A stretch of DNA of 64,000 nt. Source: Syntrophales bacterium. GTDB taxonomy: Bacteria; Desulfobacterota; Syntrophia; Syntrophales; UBA2210. Made by a program: the position numbers and the translations under genes. Every line of letters begins with the position of its first letter. Position 1 is the first letter of the stretch. Below the pieces are notes generated by a model. That model saw only the letters and a list, made by a program, of their open reading frames with translations. It had not been told where the DNA came from and did no database searches. Location of the stretch: contig CAXXNF010000001.1 of the NCBI GenBank assembly GCA_963666365.2, positions 640,001-704,000 of the forward strand, given 5' to 3'. Shown piece after piece: positions 49,801 to 58,013 of this stretch.

Positions 49801-52800
49801 GAAGGTGACGACGGCGATCTACAGGAAGGCATCGAATGGCCTGATCCCCGATTTACCGATAACGGAGATGGAACCATTACCGATAATCTGACGGGTCTTA
49901 TCTGGCTTAAAGACAGCGCCGCACTGGGCGCGCACAGCTGGGAAAATGCCTTGGTTGCCATCGAAACGCTCAACACCTCCCCCCAGAGCATCGCTCCAAC
50001 CGGCTATGACGGAGATTATCCAGACTGGCGCATGCCCAATCAATTCGAGCTGCTCAGCCTCTTTGTCAACGCAGGGGAGGGGGACTTGACCGCATGGCTC
50101 GCACGCGCCGGATTTACCTGCGGTTCATCGATATGGTCGTCCACAACGGCACAAAGTTACTTTCTCCCTGCTTTTTATGTCGAATCGGGTACGTCCGGAT
50201 TCACGTACCTCACGGCAAACAAAACCGACGTCAAGGGAATACTTGCGGTACGGGGCACATCAACGGGCCCGTTTACGGTTCCCAAAACCGGTCAAACAAT
50301 ATCCTATGCGCCGGGAGACGATGGCGATCTGCAAAAAGGGGCAACCTGGCCTTCCCCCCGCTTTGTCGACAACGGAGACGGCACGGTCACGGATCAGCTT
50401 ACCAATCTGATGTGGCTGAAGACGGCCAACCCCTTAAAGTCATACAACACTCCTTCTTTGGGCGATTCCGACGGATGTGCCAACTGGCACAACTCGTTGC
50501 TTTTTATCAATAAACTTAACGATGGCGATTATTCCGAAAAAACGGACCTTTTCGACGACTGGCATCTTCCCAATGCCTGGGAGTTTTTAAGTCTCTACAA
50601 TCCCTCACAGAGCGTGCCGGTCTTTGCGGAGCGCCCCTTTACCGAAACCAGCGGTTCGACCGGAACCGTTCCACGAGACGACCTGTACTGGACGGGAACG
50701 ATCAGTCCGGTTGACGGCGATTTCGGTGGACGCGTGCTGACAAAAATCGACGGGAGCAATTACCAGCGAAGCTACTACGAATGGAATGAACTTTCAACCG
50801 CGGCCGCCGTGGCCTGGGTCGTGCGCGATGCATCGAAAGTGACCGTGCATACCTGCGTTTCAGGAAACGGCAGCGTTTCACCGTCGGGCGACATCAGGGT
50901 GGATATCGACGGGAACCAGACCTTTACCATTGCCGCCGACAGGGGCTACGAAATCGCCGATGTCATCGTTGACGGTGTGTCCGTCGGCGCGGTGAATTCC
51001 TACACCTTCGAAAACCTTACGGAACCGCACACATTGGAAGTGCAGTTCGCACCATTGACCTACACGATTACCACGGGCGTCACGGGAAACGGATCGATCC
51101 TGCCTGAGGGGAATCAGGCAGTGGAATACGGTCAGTCCCTGCGCCTCACCTTCACCCCGGATTACGGGTCGGTGGTTGCCGACGTGCTGGTGGACGGCCT
51201 TTCAGTTGGAAATTCTTCATATTATATATTCGACAGCGTAACCGAACACCACGACGTTGCCGTGGTGTTTGAAGAGATGTCCGGCCAGCGTGCCGAGGCG
51301 CCTGCCACGGGTCAAACAATTTCCTACGCCGCCGGGGACGATGGCGCGCATCAAAGCGGTGTTGTCTGGCCTGAACCACGGTTTGTCGATAACGGCGACG
51401 GCACGATTACGGATATGCTCACGGGCCTCATGTGGCTGAAGCACGCCAATCTGGGAACACTGGAAAGAGGTTGGTCCCATACGTGGAACGGCGCACTGGC
51501 TGAAGTGGCGGCCTTCAACAGTGATCCAGCATCTTTCGCCCGTGAAGAATACACGGCTGACTATACAGACTGGCGGCTTCCTAGCATTGTTGAACTCAGC
51601 AGCATTCTGCGCAACGCAGGCGTTTCGGATATTAAAACCTGGCTCGAGGATGCGGGATTTCTTTACGTGCCGTCCGGCAATTCCTGGACGTCTACCACGC
51701 TGACGCTCGGTCCGACCACCTATGCCTACTATGCCGCGATTTATTCCAATTCCGGACTTGATGAGGTCGGTTATCATGATGTGTCTCAGAGCTTCTACAC
51801 ATGGCCTGTCCGGGGGACCGCCAGCGGTGCGATCTACCTGCCGTCGACCGGGCAGACTGTAAGTTATGCCGACGGCGACGACGGGAACCTCAAAAAAGGG
51901 CTTGCCTGGCCCGAACCGCGCTTTATTGACAACGGCAACGGAACCATTACCGATGAGCTGACCGGCCTGATGTGGCTGAAAAACGCAGATCTCGCTTCAG
52001 GGGAAGTTGAATGGTCTTCGGCCCTGAACACCGTCGCCGGAATCAACAACGGCAGTATCAGCGGTGCCTGCGGCTACAGGGACTGGCGGCTTCCCACGCT
52101 CGCCGAACAGATGAGCCTGATAGACTGGTCTGCCGCATACCCGCCCTTGCCTGCAGGGCACCCCTTTGTGAATTTGCAACTGGCTGAGTATTGGACCTCC
52201 ACCACCGACGCAAGCTCCGACATTTCAGCATATATCGTTGATTCCCGTTTTGCCGAAATTCATAATTATCCCAAAACCGGTTCTTACTATTCAGACAATT
52301 ATGTCATGGCTGTTCGAAATACCTATTACACGATCACTTACAGTCCGCCGACGTTGACAAATCGGGATGTGACGGCCGCAATCACCTTCAGCGACGAAAC
52401 GTTGACCGTCACCAGCGAGGGCGGCGCCGCGCACGTATTCACCGAAAACGGTACATGGGACTTTACCTTCGAAGACGGGGAAAGCGCTACCGGTACGGTG
52501 ACGGCCACCGTCGACTGGATCGACAAAGCGCCGCCCACGGCGACCATTGCCTATTCAACCACCGATACGACAAACCAGGATGTCGTGGCAACGATCACAT
52601 TAAGCGACGGCTCGGTGACCAGCGAGGGCGGCGCCACACACACCTTCACAGAAAATGGTGACTGGACCTTTACGTTTGAAGACGATCTCGGTAACAGCGG
52701 CACAGCGTCAGCAACAGTGAACTGGATTGACAAGGCGCCGCCCACGGCGACCATCGCCTACTCAACCGTGTATTCCACCAATCAGGATGTGACAGCCACA

Positions 52801-55443
52801 TTAAGGCCGACAGAAACGGTCACGGTCATCAATAATGATGGACTGGATACGTACAGGTTTACCGACAATGGGACGTTTACGTTCTCTTTCGAAGATGAAG
52901 CCGGCAACGCCGGCACGGCAGTAGCCGCCGTTGACTGGATCGACAGAACGCCACCGGCGGCATCAATCGAATACTCGCCCGCGTCGTCCACATTCCAGAA
53001 TGTCGAAGCAACTATCACGTTGAGTGACGGCATCGTCACAAGCGACGGCGGGGCCACACACATCTTCACCGATAATGGCGCCTGGACATTTACCTATGAG
53101 GATATCGCCGGTAATGCAGGCACTGCAGAAGCGACAGTGGACTGGATCGACAGAACGGCGCCCGCGGCGACCATCGTCTATTCGCCCGCCACATCGACCA
53201 ATCAGAACGTCATCGCCACATTGCAGCCAAATGAAACGGTGGCCGTGACCAACAACGGCGGACTGGATACGTACACATTCGTCGGTAACGGAACATTTAC
53301 CTTCCAGTTTGAAGACGCGGCCGGAAATGCCGGAACGGCGGAGGCTGCGGTGGACTGGATCGACAGAACGCCGCCGACGGCAACCATCGTGTATTCAAAC
53401 ACCGATCTCACAAACCAGGATGTAGTCGCAACAATTTCTCTCAGTGACGGCACAGTGACCAGTGCAGGCGGCGACACACACATCTTCAGAGAAAACGGCG
53501 TCTGGACCTTTACTTTTGAAGACTCTGCCGGGAATACCGGCGCTGCGGATGCCATGGTTGACTGGATCGACAAAGAGGCACCGGCATACGAGATCAGCTA
53601 CACTCCTTCAACGCCGACCAACGGAGACACGGTGGTGGCAACCATCACACTAAGCGATGGCTCGGTAACCAGCGACGGCGGCGCCACGCACACCTTTACC
53701 GAAAACGGTACCTGGGTATTTGAATTTGCCGATGCCCTGGGTAACACGGGTACGGCGGAGGCGATGGTGGACTGGATCGACAGAACGCCTCCGACGGCAG
53801 AGATCTGGTATTTCACAACAGATCCTACCAATCAGGACGTAAGCGCCGGATTGCTGATTTCGGAGCCGGTAACGGTGACCAACAATGGAGGATCGGGCTT
53901 TTATATCTTTAAAGAAAACGGGACATTTGAATTTCAGTTTGTGGATGCGGCCGGAAATGCAGGTGCGGCAGTCGCGACGGTGGATTGGATCGACAAAGAG
54001 GCGCCGACCTGCGAAATCATCTACACACCTTCAACACCGACCAACGGAGACACGGTGGCGGCAACCATCACATTAAGCGATGGTTCGGTGACCAGCGACG
54101 GCGGCGCCACACACACCTTCACCGAAAACGGTACCTGGGTATTTGAATTCGCCGATGCCCTGGGTAACACTGGCACGGCCGTGGCGACGGTGGACTGGAT
54201 CGACAGGATGCCGCCGACAGCGTCCATTGTCTACTCTACCACCACTCTGACCAATAAGGATGTAACCGCCGCGCTACAGCCTTCCGAGCCGGTAGAGGTA
54301 ACCAATAATGGGGGATTGGACACGTATTCATTTGTCCAAAACGGAACCTTTACCTTTACTTTCAAAGACGCGGCGGGCAATACGGGTGAAGCCCCCGCTA
54401 CGGTGGACTGGATCGATAAAACGCCGCCGACGGCGACAGTCACATATTCTATCACCGAGCCGACCACCCAGAATGTTGTGGCAACCATCACATTAAGCGA
54501 TGGTGCGATCACAAGTGACGGCGGCGCCACGCACACCTTTACCGACAATGGTTCATGGACCTTTTTATTTGAAGATGCCCTCGGCAATACCGGCACGGTG
54601 GTGGCCGAGGTCAATTGGATAGACAAGGAGGCCCCGACCTGCACGATCAGCTATAATCCGGCGACGGCGACCAACCAGGATGTAGTCGCGACGATCGTCC
54701 TCAGTGACGGCACCGTAACGAGCGACGGCGGCGCCACTCACGTATTCACAAGAAATGGCGTGTGGACCTTTAATTTTACCGATGATCTGGGCAACGCAGG
54801 TACCGCAACCGCCGTCGTTGACTGGATCGACAAGACGCCGCCGACGGCAACTGTCAGTTACTCAACCGTAAGTCCGACCAACCAGGATGTCGTGGCGACC
54901 GTTACATTAAGCGACGGTTCGGTAACCAGCGACGGCGGCGCCACATATACCTTTAGAGAAAACGGTGCATGGACATTCGCCTATGAGGACGAAGCAGGCA
55001 ACAGTGGTACGGCAGTGGCAACCGTTGACTGGATCGACAAAACGCCACCGACGGCGACCGTCCTCTATTCTACCACCGATCCGACCAACCAGGATGTCGT
55101 TGCCACATTACAGCCCAGTGAAACGATAACTGTGTCCAATAATGGCGGATCGCTCAGTTACACCTTTACAGCAAACGGCACATTCACCTTTGAATTTAAA
55201 GATGAAGCCGGCAATGCAGGCGTCGCTACGGCAGAGGTACACAACATTGTGTTTCTTGCCGGTGACGTGGATGGCAATGGAGAGCTCGCACTCGCAGACG
55301 CAATACTTTCGATGCGCGCCTGCCTCGGAGCAGGTTCCAATGAAATGTATAATAAAAAGGCCGATGTGAACAACGATCAACGTATCGGCATTGAAGAAGT
55401 GATATTTATTCTGCGATCATTGGCATATGGTGAATTGCCATAG
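43876..55443 (+). CDS. 3855-aa secreted multidomain protein: beta-helix (NosD-like) regions, six DUF1566/Lcl-type domains, Ig-like repeats and a dockerin-like C-terminus
   Basis: Signal peptide; TIQAAV..A.PGD and GNFWSDY/GNYWSG beta-helix hallmarks; six units of WP..RF.DNGDGT.TD..TGLMW...DWRLP; VLVDG.S.G repeats; 14 repeats of about 70 aa; GDVDGNG..LADAI...ADVNND.RIG.EE.I.IL. Confidence 0.9.
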   Translation: MTRTIINAFFISAVCLFCPLFLTQSTALSCAVTAQSVPYGVNSAGETTTADACLDNYPGLTFSQADLYILRHQLDSLRYNYEAYRSTMFQHFEMFQGASPYSNKVNLETLGPLYSEDYKKILQFASGSGSDPSAASLMEEAKEKINMEEIVATAGSELSEKLLEMAGVSIILMPLDKFKQCAQFLATATLDGLNGMMDNFYTGAAELYLFQAWEDSQGDEIYNPNYTLEENADQTARVINGMTNAINLIETANGQSSFSYSASVSENQAAWTALETALNNQKGLIATLDSKAQTTRGEYGLGRSVVWQWTSEALQAVDMDPLSDAGDVNGDGVTEMLADAILLAWKMELDSLRGTIDLQRELIDEYTVPELELLSFIDPNPDSEIDRYPVSDHGNLPAYTHALPNAPDWTVGPSGCDFTTIQAAVAAASPGDAIMVSPKENNAYYQESVIIDKEGVILYGDPAARPFIGTSDGTPPLPFGIEIAADNVTVSNLIIQRTVRGIIVKGNGAAVVNNLIQWTIYGILVEECHDGLFAGNIVDEAVGRAIRLERGAGNTLYYNSFNLKSDVAGTACAYSSGVNTWDDGVDTGNFWSDYDGSGIYPIADGREKDDRVYGAAAVTPGATLTAKTLVRGAMGDDTIEVDFYFGNPDNGGILLNASPVLAEIRGNYAVAVYEWDTAGFLGTQDIHVRIHGAGDGVTEKVRVFPSGLWPSSAATLFVTGLHLEPGDDLTLFNAIHWIDSPYESPGITVPDGASLSLSGVIFSVLENLAVSVAAEGAFFSHNDVNWNTDVDLFHRGERLLEEGFAPVVSNTSLNLEHNVINLRGCGNIDWQGRDFTGYEITLSNLTDLRMENVTADAVTITDCTFGASAPGTITNAHIPLITLRNSDSFHITDSVFGGNGRIVLEQGIDNLQISGNTFTDIEGYAISGTAVTAGNLLVESNTFDNCFGCFSLSLASDTTGINFQENDITGLATAGYAGVYLNASTLLNNRDLTITGNTFVNSSAHTVKAVHLVNLDGGTIKNNTFTYVDYGLYLQGCRNITATVNRFLEGSNGYDSSGSTNNRWYENRLGNYWSGFRCETPNEANLQVFSCPYVNGFGVNDPYPLIRDRLIESVVAVPTTGRTEETSSGISWPNPRFEIQHDGNVVLDRLTGLMWCAEGNAIGDFCPGFDTDDVEGDGKITWARALNFINYVNSGNCGEISAGYTDWRLPNMNELESLWNTSSLTIKDFLDNAGFSNMQSGRYWSSTTHYPDGFAYTVDFTTGEIVIEYWNNCTYSLMVRGGADGGTDPAYPANIAQTGQITSHMNGDDGDLQRGIAWPSDRFVDNGDGTVTDVLTGLMWFAETGRSYTWQEIPAVMEALNNGTYLFDTNRGYSDWRLPSVQELLSLDCYFNVYPEGYLYPNGGIPDSVLLDYVWSATTRPDDTSKAYVMNLGDGQLISENKLDPHLAFIRFIPVRGGLYRPAAATRLHMTPEALDFGAVAMLGSQTELLEVRNDGINSAAIFLVSLIGEHADSFSLLSEPMPHSLIPGGGSDTIEVVFNPTSPGEKQARLIIYSDDPITLWDEIPLRGTSTEHTVSIGFQGNGSGVIEAHSHYDNQTYSFSESGTLQVVPGTDVTFTATPAAGSHFDCWTGLPEDVSRSNPITVRINADTTVTATFALDTFTVRGSVATAGGAISPSGSVTVDYGQDQAFTFAADPHYFLSDVRVDGASVGTPDAYTFENISGDHSITADFTLIPYSVAASAGNGGAISPSGTLEMNVTQEQIFAITPEPGYAISDLLVDGVSQGAVSSYTLSNPEENHTIEAVFETIEYAVSITHSGLGTIDPAGPLTMTVEDTQTLLFTPDAYYWYVQDVLVNGQSQGASDVYEIAGVTENLDIQVIFETDWHRFEATAGEGGTVLPIGEYYVAPGETRRVIITPDDGYLIADVVVDGVSLGVIDRYTFTNVDAVHSIEASFVAHDPLPLSLPRTGADISWYEGDDGDLQEGIEWPDPRFTDNGDGTITDNLTGLIWLKDSAALGAHSWENALVAIETLNTSPQSIAPTGYDGDYPDWRMPNQFELLSLFVNAGEGDLTAWLARAGFTCGSSIWSSTTAQSYFLPAFYVESGTSGFTYLTANKTDVKGILAVRGTSTGPFTVPKTGQTISYAPGDDGDLQKGATWPSPRFVDNGDGTVTDQLTNLMWLKTANPLKSYNTPSLGDSDGCANWHNSLLFINKLNDGDYSEKTDLFDDWHLPNAWEFLSLYNPSQSVPVFAERPFTETSGSTGTVPRDDLYWTGTISPVDGDFGGRVLTKIDGSNYQRSYYEWNELSTAAAVAWVVRDASKVTVHTCVSGNGSVSPSGDIRVDIDGNQTFTIAADRGYEIADVIVDGVSVGAVNSYTFENLTEPHTLEVQFAPLTYTITTGVTGNGSILPEGNQAVEYGQSLRLTFTPDYGSVVADVLVDGLSVGNSSYYIFDSVTEHHDVAVVFEEMSGQRAEAPATGQTISYAAGDDGAHQSGVVWPEPRFVDNGDGTITDMLTGLMWLKHANLGTLERGWSHTWNGALAEVAAFNSDPASFAREEYTADYTDWRLPSIVELSSILRNAGVSDIKTWLEDAGFLYVPSGNSWTSTTLTLGPTTYAYYAAIYSNSGLDEVGYHDVSQSFYTWPVRGTASGAIYLPSTGQTVSYADGDDGNLKKGLAWPEPRFIDNGNGTITDELTGLMWLKNADLASGEVEWSSALNTVAGINNGSISGACGYRDWRLPTLAEQMSLIDWSAAYPPLPAGHPFVNLQLAEYWTSTTDASSDISAYIVDSRFAEIHNYPKTGSYYSDNYVMAVRNTYYTITYSPPTLTNRDVTAAITFSDETLTVTSEGGAAHVFTENGTWDFTFEDGESATGTVTATVDWIDKAPPTATIAYSTTDTTNQDVVATITLSDGSVTSEGGATHTFTENGDWTFTFEDDLGNSGTASATVNWIDKAPPTATIAYSTVYSTNQDVTATLRPTETVTVINNDGLDTYRFTDNGTFTFSFEDEAGNAGTAVAAVDWIDRTPPAASIEYSPASSTFQNVEATITLSDGIVTSDGGATHIFTDNGAWTFTYEDIAGNAGTAEATVDWIDRTAPAATIVYSPATSTNQNVIATLQPNETVAVTNNGGLDTYTFVGNGTFTFQFEDAAGNAGTAEAAVDWIDRTPPTATIVYSNTDLTNQDVVATISLSDGTVTSAGGDTHIFRENGVWTFTFEDSAGNTGAADAMVDWIDKEAPAYEISYTPSTPTNGDTVVATITLSDGSVTSDGGATHTFTENGTWVFEFADALGNTGTAEAMVDWIDRTPPTAEIWYFTTDPTNQDVSAGLLISEPVTVTNNGGSGFYIFKENGTFEFQFVDAAGNAGAAVATVDWIDKEAPTCEIIYTPSTPTNGDTVAATITLSDGSVTSDGGATHTFTENGTWVFEFADALGNTGTAVATVDWIDRMPPTASIVYSTTTLTNKDVTAALQPSEPVEVTNNGGLDTYSFVQNGTFTFTFKDAAGNTGEAPATVDWIDKTPPTATVTYSITEPTTQNVVATITLSDGAITSDGGATHTFTDNGSWTFLFEDALGNTGTVVAEVNWIDKEAPTCTISYNPATATNQDVVATIVLSDGTVTSDGGATHVFTRNGVWTFNFTDDLGNAGTATAVVDWIDKTPPTATVSYSTVSPTNQDVVATVTLSDGSVTSDGGATYTFRENGAWTFAYEDEAGNSGTAVATVDWIDKTPPTATVLYSTTDPTNQDVVATLQPSETITVSNNGGSLSYTFTANGTFTFEFKDEAGNAGVATAEVHNIVFLAGDVDGNGELALADAILSMRACLGAGSNEMYNKKADVNNDQRIGIEEVIFILRSLAYGELP
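52327..55250 (+). repeat. Fourteen tandem ~70-aa Ig-like coding repeats
   Basis: Thirteen units end in V(D/N)WID(K/R)xxP and the last in VHNIV; units 7 and 9 are nearly identical at DNA level. Confidence 0.9.
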
Positions 55444-55564
55444 TGCGGCCTTCACTGCCTTTATCGCAGGCGGTTTCCTTTTGCGGCCCTGTCTGTTGCT
55501 GCAACAGGATTTTTTTCACTGTTGGAGATCACACCGCGGCGACACATTGAATTACTGAAAAACC

Positions 55565-56317
55565 ATGCTAAAAGAAGAAACAGTCGATGAAATTCTTGAG
55601 GGGAGCCTGAAAATCCGACAGAGCAGGCGCGGATACCGGTTCAACCTTGATTCGCTGATCCTTGCGCACTTTGTGACGGCGAAACCCCGCAGTGTGAATC
55701 TCGATATCGGCTGCGGGAACGGCGTGATCGCGCTGGTGCTGGCCAGGCGCTTTCCGGAATCTCGCTGGCACGGGCTGGAACTTCAGCCGGCCCTTGCGGA
55801 ACTTGCGAAAAAAAATGCGGAAGACAATGGCCTGGACCGCCGCGTGACGATCGATCAGGCCGACGCAGGGGATATCAAAAATATATATGCCGCGCGGACC
55901 TTTGACAATGTAGTGTTCAATCCTCCTTATAGAAAAATCAATTCGGGCCGCATTAATCCTCTGGCCCAGAAGGCAATCGCCCGTCACGAGATTCATGGAT
56001 CGCTTGCGCTGTTTCTCGAGGCGGCCCGACATGCGTTAAACCCGACAGGTCGCGTATTCACGATCTATCCCGCCTCCAGGATGGTTACACTGATCACGCA
56101 TTTCCGCACCAGTGGAATTGAACCGAAGAGAATGAAACTGGTATTTTCCGATGCGGAATCAGTGGCTCAGTTCGTTGTGGTGGAAGGTCGAAGAGGATCG
56201 CGTGAAGAGTTAAAGATGGAGCCGCCTCTCTATATCTATGAAAGGGGCAGGGCCTATACGGAGGCGATGAAGCGGATTTTCACCGACCTGACCTTTTACC
56301 CGACCGCCGGCGGATGA
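55565..56317 (+). CDS. tRNA1(Val) A37 N6-methyltransferase-like SAM methyltransferase (YfiC/TrmN6 family)
   Basis: QSRRGYRFNLDSLILA, LDIGCGNG, FNPPY, IARHEI. Confidence 0.88.
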   Translation: MLKEETVDEILEGSLKIRQSRRGYRFNLDSLILAHFVTAKPRSVNLDIGCGNGVIALVLARRFPESRWHGLELQPALAELAKKNAEDNGLDRRVTIDQADAGDIKNIYAARTFDNVVFNPPYRKINSGRINPLAQKAIARHEIHGSLALFLEAARHALNPTGRVFTIYPASRMVTLITHFRTSGIEPKRMKLVFSDAESVAQFVVVEGRRGSREELKMEPPLYIYERGRAYTEAMKRIFTDLTFYPTAGG

Positions 56318-56632
56318 TGCCTTTTTTATACCCGTGCATGAAGTGTTCGCTGAAGAACAAATGAATTTCATTTTCCAGAGTTACTGTTTACATACCCGGC
56401 CTTATCGTGGTTCTATCCTTTGACGGCTCATATACCCGATAGTTCCGGCATACACACAAGGGGCCATATCCGGCAGATATGGCCCCAGTCATTACGCAGT
56501 ACGTCTGTTGTTTCTCTTCAGGAAAACCAGTGCGCAAGATTTGCCCCTCCCCGGCTTTTCGCGCCCTCCAGAGGATCTCCTCTCCTGCAGACCGGGGAAA
56601 AATCTGTCCTTGTCTCGCTGCCCTGCCCTATC

Positions 56633-57040
56633 CTAAGCAAATGCCGTCACAAGGGCTGCCCGGCATATGGATACATCTTCCTCGGGCGTTCCCCCGCTCA
56701 CCCCGATCGCGCCTATGACCCGGTCGCCGGCCGTAATGGGCAACCCGCCGGGAATAGTCGTCAGGCGATCATTCCAGTTCTGGGTATTAAATCCATAGCC
56801 CGGGGTTGAGGGATCACCGAACTGCCCGATATCCGCACTCGGCATCCTGAATGTAGAAGCCGTCCACGCCTTATCCCGGGCGATATCAACGGTCGGAATC
56901 GGCGCACAGTCCATCCGGTGGAGGGCGACCAAAAATCCCCTGTCATCAACAACGGCGACACTGCACAACCGATCCATTTCCCGGGCCTGCTCGATCGCAG
57001 CCCGAATCACCTTCTTGGCTAACTCTATATTCATCACCAT
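56633..57040 (-). CDS. GlcG/HbpS-family heme-binding protein
   Basis: SVAVVDDRG, HRMD, KAWTA, PGGLPI, IGAIGVSG..PEED. Confidence 0.9.
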   Translation of the reverse strand: MVMNIELAKKVIRAAIEQAREMDRLCSVAVVDDRGFLVALHRMDCAPIPTVDIARDKAWTASTFRMPSADIGQFGDPSTPGYGFNTQNWNDRLTTIPGGLPITAGDRVIGAIGVSGGTPEEDVSICRAALVTAFA

Positions 57041-57076
57041 AGTACTGGCCCTCTCAATGTCTCGTTTTTCGCTCGG

Positions 57077-57529
57077 CTAATCGTATTCTTCGTAGATGGC
57101 GGCATACCCGGCCTGCACAACGGTAGTGTCGCTTATTTCACCGACGCCGTCAGGAACGCCGCTGCAGCCGATCCCACCGATCACCTTCATCTCTTCATCC
57201 CTGATCGGATTGCCGCCGGGGATAAACATAATACGGAGTTTCGCCTGTGTCAGCAGTCCAAGTCCACCGCTGCCCGGTGTGGGGCCCGCCATGCGCGGGT
57301 CGATCATTCGCGCCAGCATCAGGGTAGGCGCGGTTGAATACACCGCCGAAAAGGCCTTGTTGATAGAAATATCGGTGGTCATCGGCCCGGCGCCGTCCAT
57401 TCGATGCACGGCAATAACCGCTCCTGCGTTATCAACGACCGCGATACTGCTCGGATAGCCGCAGAGAGTGGCCCACCGCTCAGCAGCATCGAGCATCTTC
57501 TCAGCCATTTCCAGAGTTACTTCTTTCAT
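57077..57529 (-). CDS. GlcG/HbpS-family heme-binding protein (second paralog)
   Basis: SIAVVDNAG, HRMDGA, KAFSA, PGGNPI, IGGIGCSG. Confidence 0.88.
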   Translation of the reverse strand: MKEVTLEMAEKMLDAAERWATLCGYPSSIAVVDNAGAVIAVHRMDGAGPMTTDISINKAFSAVYSTAPTLMLARMIDPRMAGPTPGSGGLGLLTQAKLRIMFIPGGNPIRDEEMKVIGGIGCSGVPDGVGEISDTTVVQAGYAAIYEEYD

Positions 57530-57643
57530 GAGACCATTACCCCCTCATTGTTTCGCTGTTATCAAAAGCATTTCCTGTTTTCGTTGCGTCACTCCGTCGG
57601 CGCCCCCAGGGGCGCCTTTGCCTGCCGACGTTATCCTTTTCGG

Positions 57644-58012
57644 CTAGGAAAGCAGATCGCTGCTCGCCACGATATCGACGCCGGTACCGAGAAGATCGGG
57701 AATAACGACCTCTCCCATCTTCAGGGGGGGCTTCGCTTTTACCCCGGCTATTACCTGCATGCCTTCCATCTGTTTTGTCTTCAATATCGGCTTGCTGGTC
57801 CTTACCGCCAGCAGGGGGTAGGTACTGCCTTCGGTCAGAACGGTAGCCGTCAAGGTACGGACCGGGTTTTGATATTCTTCCAGTACATACTTCTTGCCTT
57901 CCTTGCATTTATTTCCGGTAAATTCCTGCACATCGCCTTTGTTGTCGATGGTCAGCGTGACCGCACATCCCAAGGGACAACCGATGCAGATGAATGTCTT
58001 TTTCTGTGCCAC
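57644..58012 (-). CDS. DUF1667 CxxC-containing small protein
   Basis: CIGCPLGC, GNKCKEG, NPVRTLTATV; follows two FAD oxidoreductases. Confidence 0.88.
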   Translation of the reverse strand: MAQKKTFICIGCPLGCAVTLTIDNKGDVQEFTGNKCKEGKKYVLEEYQNPVRTLTATVLTEGSTYPLLAVRTSKPILKTKQMEGMQVIAGVKAKPPLKMGEVVIPDLLGTGVDIVASSDLLS

Positions 58013-58013
58013 C

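Noticed and set aside
47260..52320. Diversity-generating retroelement targeting the DUF1566 domains
   Set aside because: No reverse transcriptase gene and no template repeat differing mainly at adenines is visible in the window; a remote element cannot be excluded.
52327..55250. CRISPR-like array
   Set aside because: The repeats are ~210-bp in-frame coding units with synonymous divergence, with no short identical repeats, unique spacers or cas genes.
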